Assembly: GCA_019638475.1 (NCBI GenBank)
Contig: JAHBTR010000006.1
Span: 59,391 to 123,390 of the forward strand
DNA length: 64,000 bases
Direction of reading: 5' to 3'
Source: Chitinophagaceae bacterium
GTDB taxonomy: Bacteria; Bacteroidota; Bacteroidia; Chitinophagales; Chitinophagaceae
This document shows positions 55,531-64,000 of the stretch, piece by piece (position 1 is the first letter of the stretch; the number at the start of each line of letters is the position of its first letter). A program made the position numbers and the translations under genes. Below the pieces are notes generated by a model, which saw only the letters and a list, made by a program, of their open reading frames with translations, ran no database searches and was not told the DNA's origin.

Positions 55531-56055
55531 ATGCGTCACGGAGATAAAATAAATAATTTAGGTCGTAAAAAGGCACATAGAGAAGCCCTATTAAGTAATT
55601 TAGCTTCTCAATTAATTGTTCATAAACGTATAGTAACCACTTTGGCAAAAGCAAAAGCATTGCGTACTTATGTAGAACCATTAATTACAAAAACCAAAAA
55701 AGGCGATAACAAAGAAACTATCAGCCATCAACATCGTGTAGTATTTAGTTATTTACAAGATAAAGCTGCTACAAAAGAACTATTTACAGTAGTAGCTCCT
55801 AAAATATTAAGCAGACCAGGAGGTTATACAAGAATTATTAAATTAGGTATTAGACCTGGCGATAATGCTGAAAAAGCCTTAATAGAATTAGTAGATTTTA
55901 ATGAAGTGTATGTAAAAGGCTCTGCTAAACCTGCTGAAACTGCTAAAAGAACACGTAGAAGCGGTGGTGCAAAGAAAAAAGCAACTGCAGAAGCAGAAAT
56001 AACAACTACTACCGAAGAACAAGAAACAACTGAAGAAACAAAAACAGAAGAATAA
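55531..56055 (+). CDS. rplQ: 50S ribosomal protein L17 (with acidic/Thr-rich C-terminal extension)
   Basis: 174 aa. [22 protein letters not shown]... Confidence 0.93.
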   Translation: MRHGDKINNLGRKKAHREALLSNLASQLIVHKRIVTTLAKAKALRTYVEPLITKTKKGDNKETISHQHRVVFSYLQDKAATKELFTVVAPKILSRPGGYTRIIKLGIRPGDNAEKALIELVDFNEVYVKGSAKPAETAKRTRRSGGAKKKATAEAEITTTTEEQETTEETKTEE

Positions 56056-56088
56056 GCTACTCAAAAAAATGTTAAGAAGTTTTTATAT

Positions 56089-56124
56089 AAAGGCAAGAGT
56101 TTTACTTCTTGCCTTTATTATTTT
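56089..56124 (+). terminator. Intrinsic terminator after rplQ
   Basis: aaaggcaaga pairs perfectly with tcttgccttt, followed by attatttt. Confidence 0.7.
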
Positions 56125-56148
56125 GCACAATTATAAAATAATAGCACC

Positions 56149-57243
56149 ATGTCATTAGCAGCCAAACAAGCCACTTTACTATTAAGCGATGGAACAATAT
56201 TTTATGGAAAAGCTTTTGGAAAAATAGGCACTACAACTGGAGAACTTTGTTTTAGTACAGGAATGACAGGCTATCAAGAAGTATTTACAGACCCAAGCTA
56301 TGCAGGACAAATACTCATAATGAATAGTGTGCATATTGGCAACTATGGAGTAAATGAAATAGATAAAGAAAGTAACTCTGTAAAAATTAAAGGACTTATA
56401 GGCAGAAATTTAGAAGAACAGTATAGTAGAATATTGGCAACAAACTCTTTATCAGATTATTTAATAGATAACAATATTGTAGCCATAGAAGGAGTAGATA
56501 CAAGAGCTTTGGTAACACATATTAGAACCAAAGGAGCAATGAATTGTATCATTTCTTCAGCTATTACAGACATAGCAGTTTTAAAAAAGCAATTAGAAGA
56601 ATGTCCTGATATGAAAGGATTAGAATTGGCAAGTACTGTAAGCACTAAAGAAGAATATACAATAGGAGATGCATCATCTGCTATAAGAGTAGCAGTATTA
56701 GATTTTGGTATAAAGAAAAATATTATAAACTGCTTAGTAGAAAGAGGTATGTATGTAAAAGTATTTCCAGCAAAAACCGAATTGAAGCAATTAAAAGAAT
56801 TTAATCCTACAGGATACTTTGTATCAAATGGACCAGGCGACCCATCTGCTATGCCTTATGCAGTAGATACTGTACAAAAAATACTTAATGAAAACAAACC
56901 CATATTTGGTATTTGCTTAGGGCATCAATTATTAGCATTAGCCAATGGCATTGCTACTTTTAAAATGCACCATGGACACAGAGGCTTAAATCATCCTGTA
57001 AAAAATATTATTACAGGATGTTGTGAAATAACTACACAAAATCATGGTTTTGGCATACAGCCAGATGATGTAAGAAAAAGCAATGATGTAGAAATTACAC
57101 ATATTAACCTAAATGATGATAGTATAGAAGGTATTCGTTTAAAAAATAAACCAGCTTTTTCTGTACAATATCATCCTGAAGCTACACCAGGCCCTCATGA
57201 TAGCAGATATTTATTTGATGATTTTCTTGCTATGATGCAATAA
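56149..57243 (+). CDS. carA: Carbamoyl-phosphate synthase small (glutamine amidotransferase) subunit
   Basis: 364 aa. Catalytic GICLGHQ and HRG..HP motifs. Confidence 0.93.
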   Translation: MSLAAKQATLLLSDGTIFYGKAFGKIGTTTGELCFSTGMTGYQEVFTDPSYAGQILIMNSVHIGNYGVNEIDKESNSVKIKGLIGRNLEEQYSRILATNSLSDYLIDNNIVAIEGVDTRALVTHIRTKGAMNCIISSAITDIAVLKKQLEECPDMKGLELASTVSTKEEYTIGDASSAIRVAVLDFGIKKNIINCLVERGMYVKVFPAKTELKQLKEFNPTGYFVSNGPGDPSAMPYAVDTVQKILNENKPIFGICLGHQLLALANGIATFKMHHGHRGLNHPVKNIITGCCEITTQNHGFGIQPDDVRKSNDVEITHINLNDDSIEGIRLKNKPAFSVQYHPEATPGPHDSRYLFDDFLAMMQ

Positions 57244-57347
57244 TTTATTCAACTATAAATTTTTATTAATTCAGCAATACTGCCAAATTTACCTATATAT
57301 TGTTACGGCAAACTATTTGTATAACTAATACTCAATATTCTAAAACT

Positions 57348-57905
57348 ATGAAAGAGAAAGATTTACAGGCTAATGAAGCCCAAGAAAATACAATGAATAT
57401 AAATGCTGACGAAAATGCAGCAGGTACTAATCTATTAAATGACAATATAGAAGAAAGTGAAACAGATAAATTATTATCTGAATTAAATGAACAAAAAGAT
57501 AAGTATTTAAGACTTGCAGCAGAGTTTGATAATTTTAGAAAACGTACTTCTAAAGAAAAATTAGACCTAATTCAAACAGCAGGTAAAGATGTAATTACAG
57601 CTTTATTAGATGTTTTAGACGATATAGACCGAGCAGAAAATCAATTAAATAGCAATGCAGACTTTACTTTGCAAAAAGAAGGAGTACAGTTAGTATTTAA
57701 TAAAGTTCGTTCTACACTACAAAGTAGAGGGCTAAAAGTATTAGAAAGTTTTCATACAGATTTTGATACTGAAAAACATGAAGCAATTTCTGAAATTCCT
57801 GCACCTACAGAAGAATTGAAAGGAAAAGTATTAGACGAAATTGTAAAAGGCTATTACTTAAATGATAAACTAATACGTTTTGCCAAAGTAGTAGTAGGAA
57901 AATAA
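57348..57905 (+). CDS. grpE: Nucleotide exchange factor GrpE
   Basis: RLAAEFDNFRKR motif. Trimmed to the ATG at 57348. Confidence 0.9.
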   Translation: MKEKDLQANEAQENTMNINADENAAGTNLLNDNIEESETDKLLSELNEQKDKYLRLAAEFDNFRKRTSKEKLDLIQTAGKDVITALLDVLDDIDRAENQLNSNADFTLQKEGVQLVFNKVRSTLQSRGLKVLESFHTDFDTEKHEAISEIPAPTEELKGKVLDEIVKGYYLNDKLIRFAKVVVGK

Positions 57906-57940
57906 ATTAGTTAATTAGCATATTAGCACATTATCGCATT

Positions 57941-59101
57941 ATGTCAAAAAGAGATTATTACGAAATATTAGGTGTTACAAAAACATCTTCTGCAGATGAA
58001 ATTAAAAAAGCATACCGAAAAGTTGCTATGCAATATCATCCAGATAGAAACCCTGGAGATAAAGCAGCAGAAGAAAAATTTAAAGAAGCAGCAGAAGCCT
58101 ATGAAGTATTAAGTGATGCTGATAAAAAAGCCAAATATGACCGTTATGGGCATCAAGCTTTTGGACCAGGCATGGGTGGTGGAGGTTTTCATGCTTCAAA
58201 TATGGAAGATATTTTTAACCATTTTGGAGATGTTTTTGGAGATGATATGTTTAGCAGCTTTTTTGGAGGAGGAAGAAGAGGCAATGCAGGAGCATCAAGA
58301 GCAAGAGGACAAAGAGGAAGTAACTTACGCATAAAATTAAAATTAAACTTTGCAGAAATTGCTCATGGTATAACCAAGCAAGTAAAAGTAAAAAAATACA
58401 TTAGTTGTAATACTTGTGGGGGCAATGGTGCAAAAGACAAAAATAGTTTTCAATCATGTAATACTTGTGGAGGTAGTGGGCAGGTACGCAGAGTGCAAAA
58501 TACTTTTTTAGGACAAATGCAAACTGTAACTACATGTCCTACTTGTAATGGAGAAGGCTCAACTGTTACAGCAAAATGTACAGCTTGTAAAGGAGAAGGA
58601 AGAGTATATGGAGAAGAAACAATAAGCATAGATATTCCTGCTGGTGTACAAGATGGTATGCAACTTAGCATGAGTGGCAAAGGTAATGCAGGAGAAAGAG
58701 GAGGAGCTTTTGGCGACTTAATTATACAAATAGAAGAAGAACCACATACAGAGCTACAAAGAGATGGATTAAATGTAGCTTATGATTTACATTTATCTTT
58801 TACAGAAGCAGTTTTTGGCACAAATACAGAAGTACCAACAATAGATGGCAGAGCAAAAATCAAAATTCCTGCTGGTACACAAAGTGGTAAAATTTTTAGA
58901 TTAAAAGGAAAAGGTTTTCCAGAAATACAAGGCTACAATCGTGGAGACCAATTAGTAAATGTAAATGTTTGGACACCACAAAACTTAACTTCTGAAGAAA
59001 AAACTATGTTAGAAAAACTGAGTAATAGTGCAAACTTTAAGCCACAGCCTAACAAAAATGATAAAAGCTTTTTTGAAAAAATACGAGAAGCCTTTCATTA
59101 A
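57941..59101 (+). CDS. dnaJ: Molecular chaperone DnaJ
   Basis: 386 aa. J domain (YYEILGV...HPDRNPGD), G/F region, and four CxxCxGxG zinc-finger repeats. Confidence 0.95.
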   Translation: MSKRDYYEILGVTKTSSADEIKKAYRKVAMQYHPDRNPGDKAAEEKFKEAAEAYEVLSDADKKAKYDRYGHQAFGPGMGGGGFHASNMEDIFNHFGDVFGDDMFSSFFGGGRRGNAGASRARGQRGSNLRIKLKLNFAEIAHGITKQVKVKKYISCNTCGGNGAKDKNSFQSCNTCGGSGQVRRVQNTFLGQMQTVTTCPTCNGEGSTVTAKCTACKGEGRVYGEETISIDIPAGVQDGMQLSMSGKGNAGERGGAFGDLIIQIEEEPHTELQRDGLNVAYDLHLSFTEAVFGTNTEVPTIDGRAKIKIPAGTQSGKIFRLKGKGFPEIQGYNRGDQLVNVNVWTPQNLTSEEKTMLEKLSNSANFKPQPNKNDKSFFEKIREAFH

Positions 59102-59116
59102 CAAAACAATATTATA

Positions 59117-59151
59117 AAGCCCTGATTGAATTATTAGGGCTTTTATTTTTT
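59117..59151 (+). terminator. Intrinsic terminator after dnaJ
   Basis: agccctgat pairs with attagggct (one G-T pair), followed by tttattttttatt. Confidence 0.65.
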
Positions 59152-59183
59152 ATTGATTATTATTGCAATGCAATTTGATTAAC

Positions 59184-60032
59184 ATGGTACAAAAAATAAT
59201 TGGACTATTTGGAGATAATCAGCTTTATACTCATTTCAATACTAATTCATTATTTGTTGAAATCAGTAATCATCACTTTGCATGTTGGGTAAAAATTGAC
59301 AATAATGATAAAGTAGCCGCAGTAGAATTATTTTCTTTAGAAGAAGAAAACATAGACTGGGACGATACATTTTATGACCTTCGCAAACAATCGGCTTTAC
59401 TTGATAAAAGCTACAATAAAACCCATTTTTTTTACAATTTTAATGAGAGTGTTTTAATACCAGCTTATAAATTTAATGCAGGCAACGCAAGCAATTATAT
59501 TGATGTAATTTTTGGAACAAATGATAATACAGTAGTAAAATTTGATAACATTAATTTTTATGGAGAAGAAATGTACAATGCTTACAGAGTCAATGCACAA
59601 TTAGCTACTATTATTCAAAAAACCTTTTTATCTGTACAAGAACATCATACCTACACAGGAATTTTAAAAGGAATTATTGATGAACAAAATGCTCAGGGAA
59701 ATATTATTTTTATCAACTTTTATCAGAAAAAAATGATAATATGGGTTGTTAAAAATAAAAAATTACAAATTATACAAACCTTTCAGCACACATCAAACGA
59801 AGATGTTTTGTATTACTTATTAAATATTGCCAATACATATTCTATTGCTCCATCTGCAGACCCAATTATAGCATCTGGTATGATAGAAGAACAAGGCGAT
59901 TTAATAAAATTTTTACAACAATATTTTTTAAAAATTTACATTGCTTCAACCAACACTACAGAAGTAGCATTTGAAAATAATACCAACTATCCATTACACT
60001 ATTTTACACCATTGTTCAATTTGCAGGTATGA
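59184..60032 (+). CDS. DUF3822-type hypothetical protein
   Basis: About 282 aa. Conserved Bacteroidota neighbour upstream of rsmD, with a 4-nt overlap (ATGA). The family assignment is from memory of this synteny. Confidence 0.55.
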   Translation: MVQKIIGLFGDNQLYTHFNTNSLFVEISNHHFACWVKIDNNDKVAAVELFSLEEENIDWDDTFYDLRKQSALLDKSYNKTHFFYNFNESVLIPAYKFNAGNASNYIDVIFGTNDNTVVKFDNINFYGEEMYNAYRVNAQLATIIQKTFLSVQEHHTYTGILKGIIDEQNAQGNIIFINFYQKKMIIWVVKNKKLQIIQTFQHTSNEDVLYYLLNIANTYSIAPSADPIIASGMIEEQGDLIKFLQQYFLKIYIASTNTTEVAFENNTNYPLHYFTPLFNLQV

Positions 60033-60568
60033 GAATTATTTCAGGAAAATTTGGTGGAAGAAAAATAAATCCACCTACAAAAATGCCTCATACACGACCC
60101 ACTACAGATATTGCTAAAGAAGGGTTGTTCAATATTTTACAAAACAGAATTTCTTTTTCCGATATTAAAACATTAGACCTTTTTGGTGGCACAGGAAGTA
60201 TTAGCTATGAATTAGCATCTCGTGGAGCTACAGACCTTACCATTGTAGAAAAAGATGCAGCTATGTATGCTTTCATCAAAAAAAATATAGACATTTTAGG
60301 TATTGAAAATGCAAAAGTTTATAAAATGGATATTTTCAAATTTTTAGAAACTTGTACAGAAAAGTATGATTTTATTTTTGCAGGACCACCTTATGCTTTA
60401 GGCTCTATAGACGAAATACCTAAAATAATTATTCAAAAAAAACTACTTGCACCAGAAGGATATTTTGTTTTAGAACACACACCCAGAAACAATTATGAAA
60501 CCTTTGAAGGATTTTCTTTTGTAAGAAATTATGGCACTACTTTATTTAGCTTTTTTACAGAACAATAG
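60029..60568 (+). CDS. rsmD: 16S rRNA (guanine966-N2)-methyltransferase
   Basis: 179 aa. MRIISGKFGGRKI, DLFGGTGS SAM motif, and GPPY catalytic motif. Confidence 0.88.
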   Translation: MRIISGKFGGRKINPPTKMPHTRPTTDIAKEGLFNILQNRISFSDIKTLDLFGGTGSISYELASRGATDLTIVEKDAAMYAFIKKNIDILGIENAKVYKMDIFKFLETCTEKYDFIFAGPPYALGSIDEIPKIIIQKKLLAPEGYFVLEHTPRNNYETFEGFSFVRNYGTTLFSFFTEQ

Positions 60569-60633
60569 GGTATAAAAAATAAAAAGCCATAACATTTAAC
60601 TTATAAAATACTTTATAGCAAAATCATAAACCA

Positions 60634-60641
60634 TACTTTTG
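60634..60641 (+). promoter_or_regulatory. Candidate -7 promoter box for lptB
   Basis: TActTTTG lies 18 nt before the TTG start. Confidence 0.4.
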
Positions 60642-60658
60642 CCAAAACATTTTTTACA

Positions 60659-61426
60659 TTGAACAACCTTACTATACATACCAGAGAGTTAGTAAAAACT
60701 TATAAAAACCGTACTGTTGTTAATCATGTTAGTATAAATGTACATCAAGGAGAAATAGTAGGATTATTGGGTCCTAATGGTGCAGGAAAAACAACTACTT
60801 TTTATATGGTTGTTGGATTAATAAAACCCGATGAAGGAAATGTATTTTTAAATGATGTAAATATTACCAAACTACCTATGTACAAACGTGCACAAATGGG
60901 TATTGGATATCTACCACAAGAAGCAAGTGTTTTTCGTAAGTTAAGTGTAGAAGATAATATAATGAGTGTGTTAGAAATGACAAAACTTACCAAAGCAGAA
61001 CAAAAAAGAAAATTAGAAGAATTGTTAGATGAATTTCATTTGCATCATGTAAGAAAAAATAATGGAGATAGTTTAAGTGGTGGCGAAAGAAGAAGAACAG
61101 AAATAGCCAGATCTTTAGCTGTTGACCCAAAATTTATTTTGTTAGATGAACCCTTTGCAGGTGTTGACCCTATTGCAGTAGAAGATATACAAAGTGTAGT
61201 AGCAAGATTAAAATATAAAAACATTGGAATTTTAATTACAGACCATAATGTAAATGAAACACTCTCTATTTGCGACAGAGCTTATCTTTTAATAGATGGA
61301 AAAATATTTAAACATGGCACAGCAGAAGAATTAGCTGCTGACGACCAAGTAAAACGTTTATACTTAGGTACAAACTTTGAGTTGAAGCGTAAAGATTGGA
61401 TTATAGAAATGGGTAAAGGAGAATAA
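60659..61426 (+). CDS. lptB: LPS export ABC transporter ATP-binding protein
   Basis: 255 aa. Walker [10 protein letters not shown], signature LSGGERRR, Walker B ILLDEP. LptB-type C-terminus. Confidence 0.88.
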   Translation: MNNLTIHTRELVKTYKNRTVVNHVSINVHQGEIVGLLGPNGAGKTTTFYMVVGLIKPDEGNVFLNDVNITKLPMYKRAQMGIGYLPQEASVFRKLSVEDNIMSVLEMTKLTKAEQKRKLEELLDEFHLHHVRKNNGDSLSGGERRRTEIARSLAVDPKFILLDEPFAGVDPIAVEDIQSVVARLKYKNIGILITDHNVNETLSICDRAYLLIDGKIFKHGTAEELAADDQVKRLYLGTNFELKRKDWIIEMGKGE

Positions 61427-61556
61427 ACAATTCTTGTACAAAATAGCCATCTATCACATCATCAAAAAAAGGTAGTTTATATAAGCAGAGAAAAAAAATA
61501 CTATTTCTGTTTTCTATTTCCCTATCATTCCTTAATTTGTGGCTGTAAACTGACTG

Positions 61557-63083
61557 ATGAAATTGCTTAGTCCCGCCATATCAAGATTTGCTCGTTTGCG
61601 TTATTGGCATATTGAACAATGGCTAAGAAACCCTATTGCTACACAAAGAGAAGTTTTACAAGATTTAGTAACCCATGCACAATACACAGAAATAGGAAGA
61701 AAATATGGTTTAACCAATTTATTTAATATAAGCGATTTTAAAAAAGCAATTCCTATACACACTTACGAAGATATAAAACCTTACATAGAAAGGTTAATGC
61801 AAGGAGAGCAAAATTTACTTTGGAATACACCCGTTTATTGGTTTGCAAAAAGTAGTGGTACTACAAGCGATAAAAGTAAATTTATTCCAATTACCAACGA
61901 AAGCCTTACCAACTGTCATTATCAGGCAAGTAAAGATGTTTTAAGTTTGTATTATAACTTTAATCCAGATAGTGATTTACTGACTGGTAAAGGATTATTA
62001 ATAGGAGGAAGTCATCAACTAAGTTCTATAAATGATAATGCACGTTATGGAGATTTAAGTGCTGTGCTTTTTCAAAACTTACCTGTTTGGGCAAATTGGA
62101 TTAGAACACCTGAACTATCTATTGCTTTAATGGATGAATGGGAAACAAAAATTGAAGCCATTGCCCATAACACAATTCATGAAAATGTTTCTTCCATTTC
62201 TGGAGTACCTACTTGGACAATGGTATTGCTAAAACGTATTTTAGAAATTACAGGAAAACAACAAATAAAAGAAGTGTGGCCCAACTTAGAACTTTATTTG
62301 CATGGTGGCGTTTCTTTTACACCTTATAAAGAACAATTTATACAACTAATAGGCAAAGAAATTAATTTTTTAAATGCTTATAATGCAAGTGAAGGTTTCT
62401 TTGCTGCACAAAATAATATAGAAGATGATGGTATGCTACTATTTTTAGAGCATGGTATTTTTTATGAATTTATGCCTATTGAAGAGTATGGAAAAACAAA
62501 CCCTCAAACCATAGGACTAAAAGATGTAGAAATAGGTAAGCAGTATGCTTTAGTCATTTCTACCAATGGAGGCTTATGGAGATATTTAGTAGGAGATACA
62601 ATTACATTTACTTCTAAGCATCCTTTTAAAATAAATGTTTCTGGCAGATTAAAACATTACATCAATGCTTTTGGTGAAGAAGTTATTGTGGACAATACAG
62701 ATAAAGCTATTGCTATTGCTGCTCATAATTGCAATGTAGTAGTAAATGATTATACAGCAGCACCAGTTTATTTTACACAAAATAGCAATGGAGCACATGA
62801 ATGGTTAATAGAATTTGAAAAACAACCAGACAATTTAGATGCTTTTATTTATGAATTAGATTGTGCTTTAAAAAATATTAATAGCGATTATGAAGCAAAA
62901 CGACATAAAGATATTGCTCTAAGAATGCCAATAGTACAAGCAGTAGATAAATCTGTTTTTGCTAATTGGTTGCGTAGCAAAGGAAAATTGGGTGGGCAAC
63001 ATAAAGTGCCCCGTTTAAGCAATGAAAGAATATATATTGATGAAATAAAAACATTTATTCCACGTAATGACAACAACGGATAA
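61557..63083 (+). CDS. GH3 (auxin-responsive promoter) family adenylating enzyme homologue
   Basis: 508 aa. SSGTTSDKSKFIP AMP-binding-like motif and YNASEGFF motif, typical of bacterial GH3 proteins. Confidence 0.8.
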   Translation: MKLLSPAISRFARLRYWHIEQWLRNPIATQREVLQDLVTHAQYTEIGRKYGLTNLFNISDFKKAIPIHTYEDIKPYIERLMQGEQNLLWNTPVYWFAKSSGTTSDKSKFIPITNESLTNCHYQASKDVLSLYYNFNPDSDLLTGKGLLIGGSHQLSSINDNARYGDLSAVLFQNLPVWANWIRTPELSIALMDEWETKIEAIAHNTIHENVSSISGVPTWTMVLLKRILEITGKQQIKEVWPNLELYLHGGVSFTPYKEQFIQLIGKEINFLNAYNASEGFFAAQNNIEDDGMLLFLEHGIFYEFMPIEEYGKTNPQTIGLKDVEIGKQYALVISTNGGLWRYLVGDTITFTSKHPFKINVSGRLKHYINAFGEEVIVDNTDKAIAIAAHNCNVVVNDYTAAPVYFTQNSNGAHEWLIEFEKQPDNLDAFIYELDCALKNINSDYEAKRHKDIALRMPIVQAVDKSVFANWLRSKGKLGGQHKVPRLSNERIYIDEIKTFIPRNDNNG

Positions 63084-63924
63084 AAATTCTATCACTTGCA
63101 GAAACTGCAATAATCAATTTTCCGGAAAATACTGTAATGTATGCGGAGAAAAAGTGTATGCAGAAAAGGATAAGAGTATAATACATTTTATTGGAGAAGG
63201 CTTTCATTTTATTACTCATTTTGAAGGCACTTTTTTTACAACCGTAAAAACCATTTTTACAAGTCCCGGAAAATTATCTTTGGATTATTGCAATGGTGTA
63301 AGAAAAAAATATTTTAAGCCAATACCCTTGTTTTTATTATTGGTTGTTTTATATCTGTTATTTCCTCTTTTGGATGGACTGAATATGAAAATGAAATATT
63401 ATGAAGGAGAGGGTATGTATGGCAACTATGCACAAAAAGAAATCCAAGCCAAATTGCAGGAAACTAATTTATCTTATGATGAACTTGCAGAAAAATTTCA
63501 TGCCAAAGGAGAAAAGGTATCCAAGTTTATGTTACTTGTTATTATACCTTTTTCAGCAATATTTTTATATATAATTGGTTTTTGGAAAAAGAAATATTAT
63601 TTTGACCATGTTGTATTATCGGCAGAGTTAAATTCATTTTATTTAATATGGGGATTTATGTTATTTCCCTTGTTGTATATAGTTTTTCAGAGAATTTATT
63701 TTTGGATTTCCGGCAACTTTGTACCTTTAAAAGACCCTGTATCAGGTATTATAATCTATATTGTATTTGCTTTTTATTCGGCAAAAGCATTCAGGAAATT
63801 TTATAGGTTTAATTGGATGGTAAGCATTGTATTTACACTGCTATTTTGCTTTGCACATATACTTATAGTATATAGTTTATATAAATTCCTTTTATTTGTA
63901 GCAGTCATTAATCAAATTCATTAA
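63067..63924 (+). CDS. DUF3667-type zinc-ribbon membrane protein
   Basis: 285 aa. N-terminal CRNCNNQFSGKYCNVCGE zinc ribbon followed by about 5 TM segments. Overlaps the GH3 gene by 17 nt. Confidence 0.65.
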   Translation: MTTTDKNSITCRNCNNQFSGKYCNVCGEKVYAEKDKSIIHFIGEGFHFITHFEGTFFTTVKTIFTSPGKLSLDYCNGVRKKYFKPIPLFLLLVVLYLLFPLLDGLNMKMKYYEGEGMYGNYAQKEIQAKLQETNLSYDELAEKFHAKGEKVSKFMLLVIIPFSAIFLYIIGFWKKKYYFDHVVLSAELNSFYLIWGFMLFPLLYIVFQRIYFWISGNFVPLKDPVSGIIIYIVFAFYSAKAFRKFYRFNWMVSIVFTLLFCFAHILIVYSLYKFLLFVAVINQIH

Positions 63925-63925
63925 T

Positions 63926-64000
63926 ATGAAATTATTAGAAAATAAAACCTCCATTGTTACAGGTGCAGCTCGTGGTATAGGTGCTGCTATTGCATTAAAA
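63926..64000 (+). CDS. SDR family oxidoreductase (FabG-like), 5' fragment at window edge
   Basis: MKLLENKTSIVTGAARGIGAAIALK has the TGxxxGIG cofactor motif. Truncated by the window end. Confidence 0.7.
   Translation, partial: MKLLENKTSIVTGAARGIGAAIALK

Overview
AT-rich chromosomal segment with clear Bacteroidota hallmarks: GldJ, a T9SS type-B sorted adhesin, an S46 dipeptidyl-peptidase, fused CcoNO, parA-parB-DUF5683-dapB synteny, and TAnnTTTG -7 promoter boxes. About 60 protein genes are mostly core housekeeping. They include fumC, lpxD, rlmD, a complete cbb3 oxidase cluster (ccoI-S-NO-Q-P-G-fixH-tauE), parAB, dapB, recO, lpd, the infA-rpmJ-rpsM-rpsK-rpsD-rpoA-rplQ operon, carA, grpE-dnaJ, rsmD and lptB. 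There are two tRNAs, Phe-GAA and Arg-CCT. I found no CRISPR array, rRNA, prophage, integrase or convincing multi-gene defence or novel system. The unusual content is mostly non-coding. (1) Two near-identical 201-bp MITE-like elements with 19-bp terminal inverted repeats and 3-bp target duplications lie in inverted orientation about 27 kb apart. (2) A small decayed accessory islet sits next to tRNA-Arg: a hypothetical gene, an orphan HigA-like XRE gene and an internally deleted IS5-family element. (3) A perfect 61-bp direct repeat brackets the whole cbb3 cluster. It carries a -33 box in promoter register at both copies. (4) Twin perfect 10-bp hairpins lie upstream of ccoI. (5) REP/MITE-like palindromic elements fill the spacers of the ribosomal alpha operon. 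All coordinates, identities and motif matches were derived by eye from the sequence. Family assignments rest on recognisable motifs in the translations, not on database searches.
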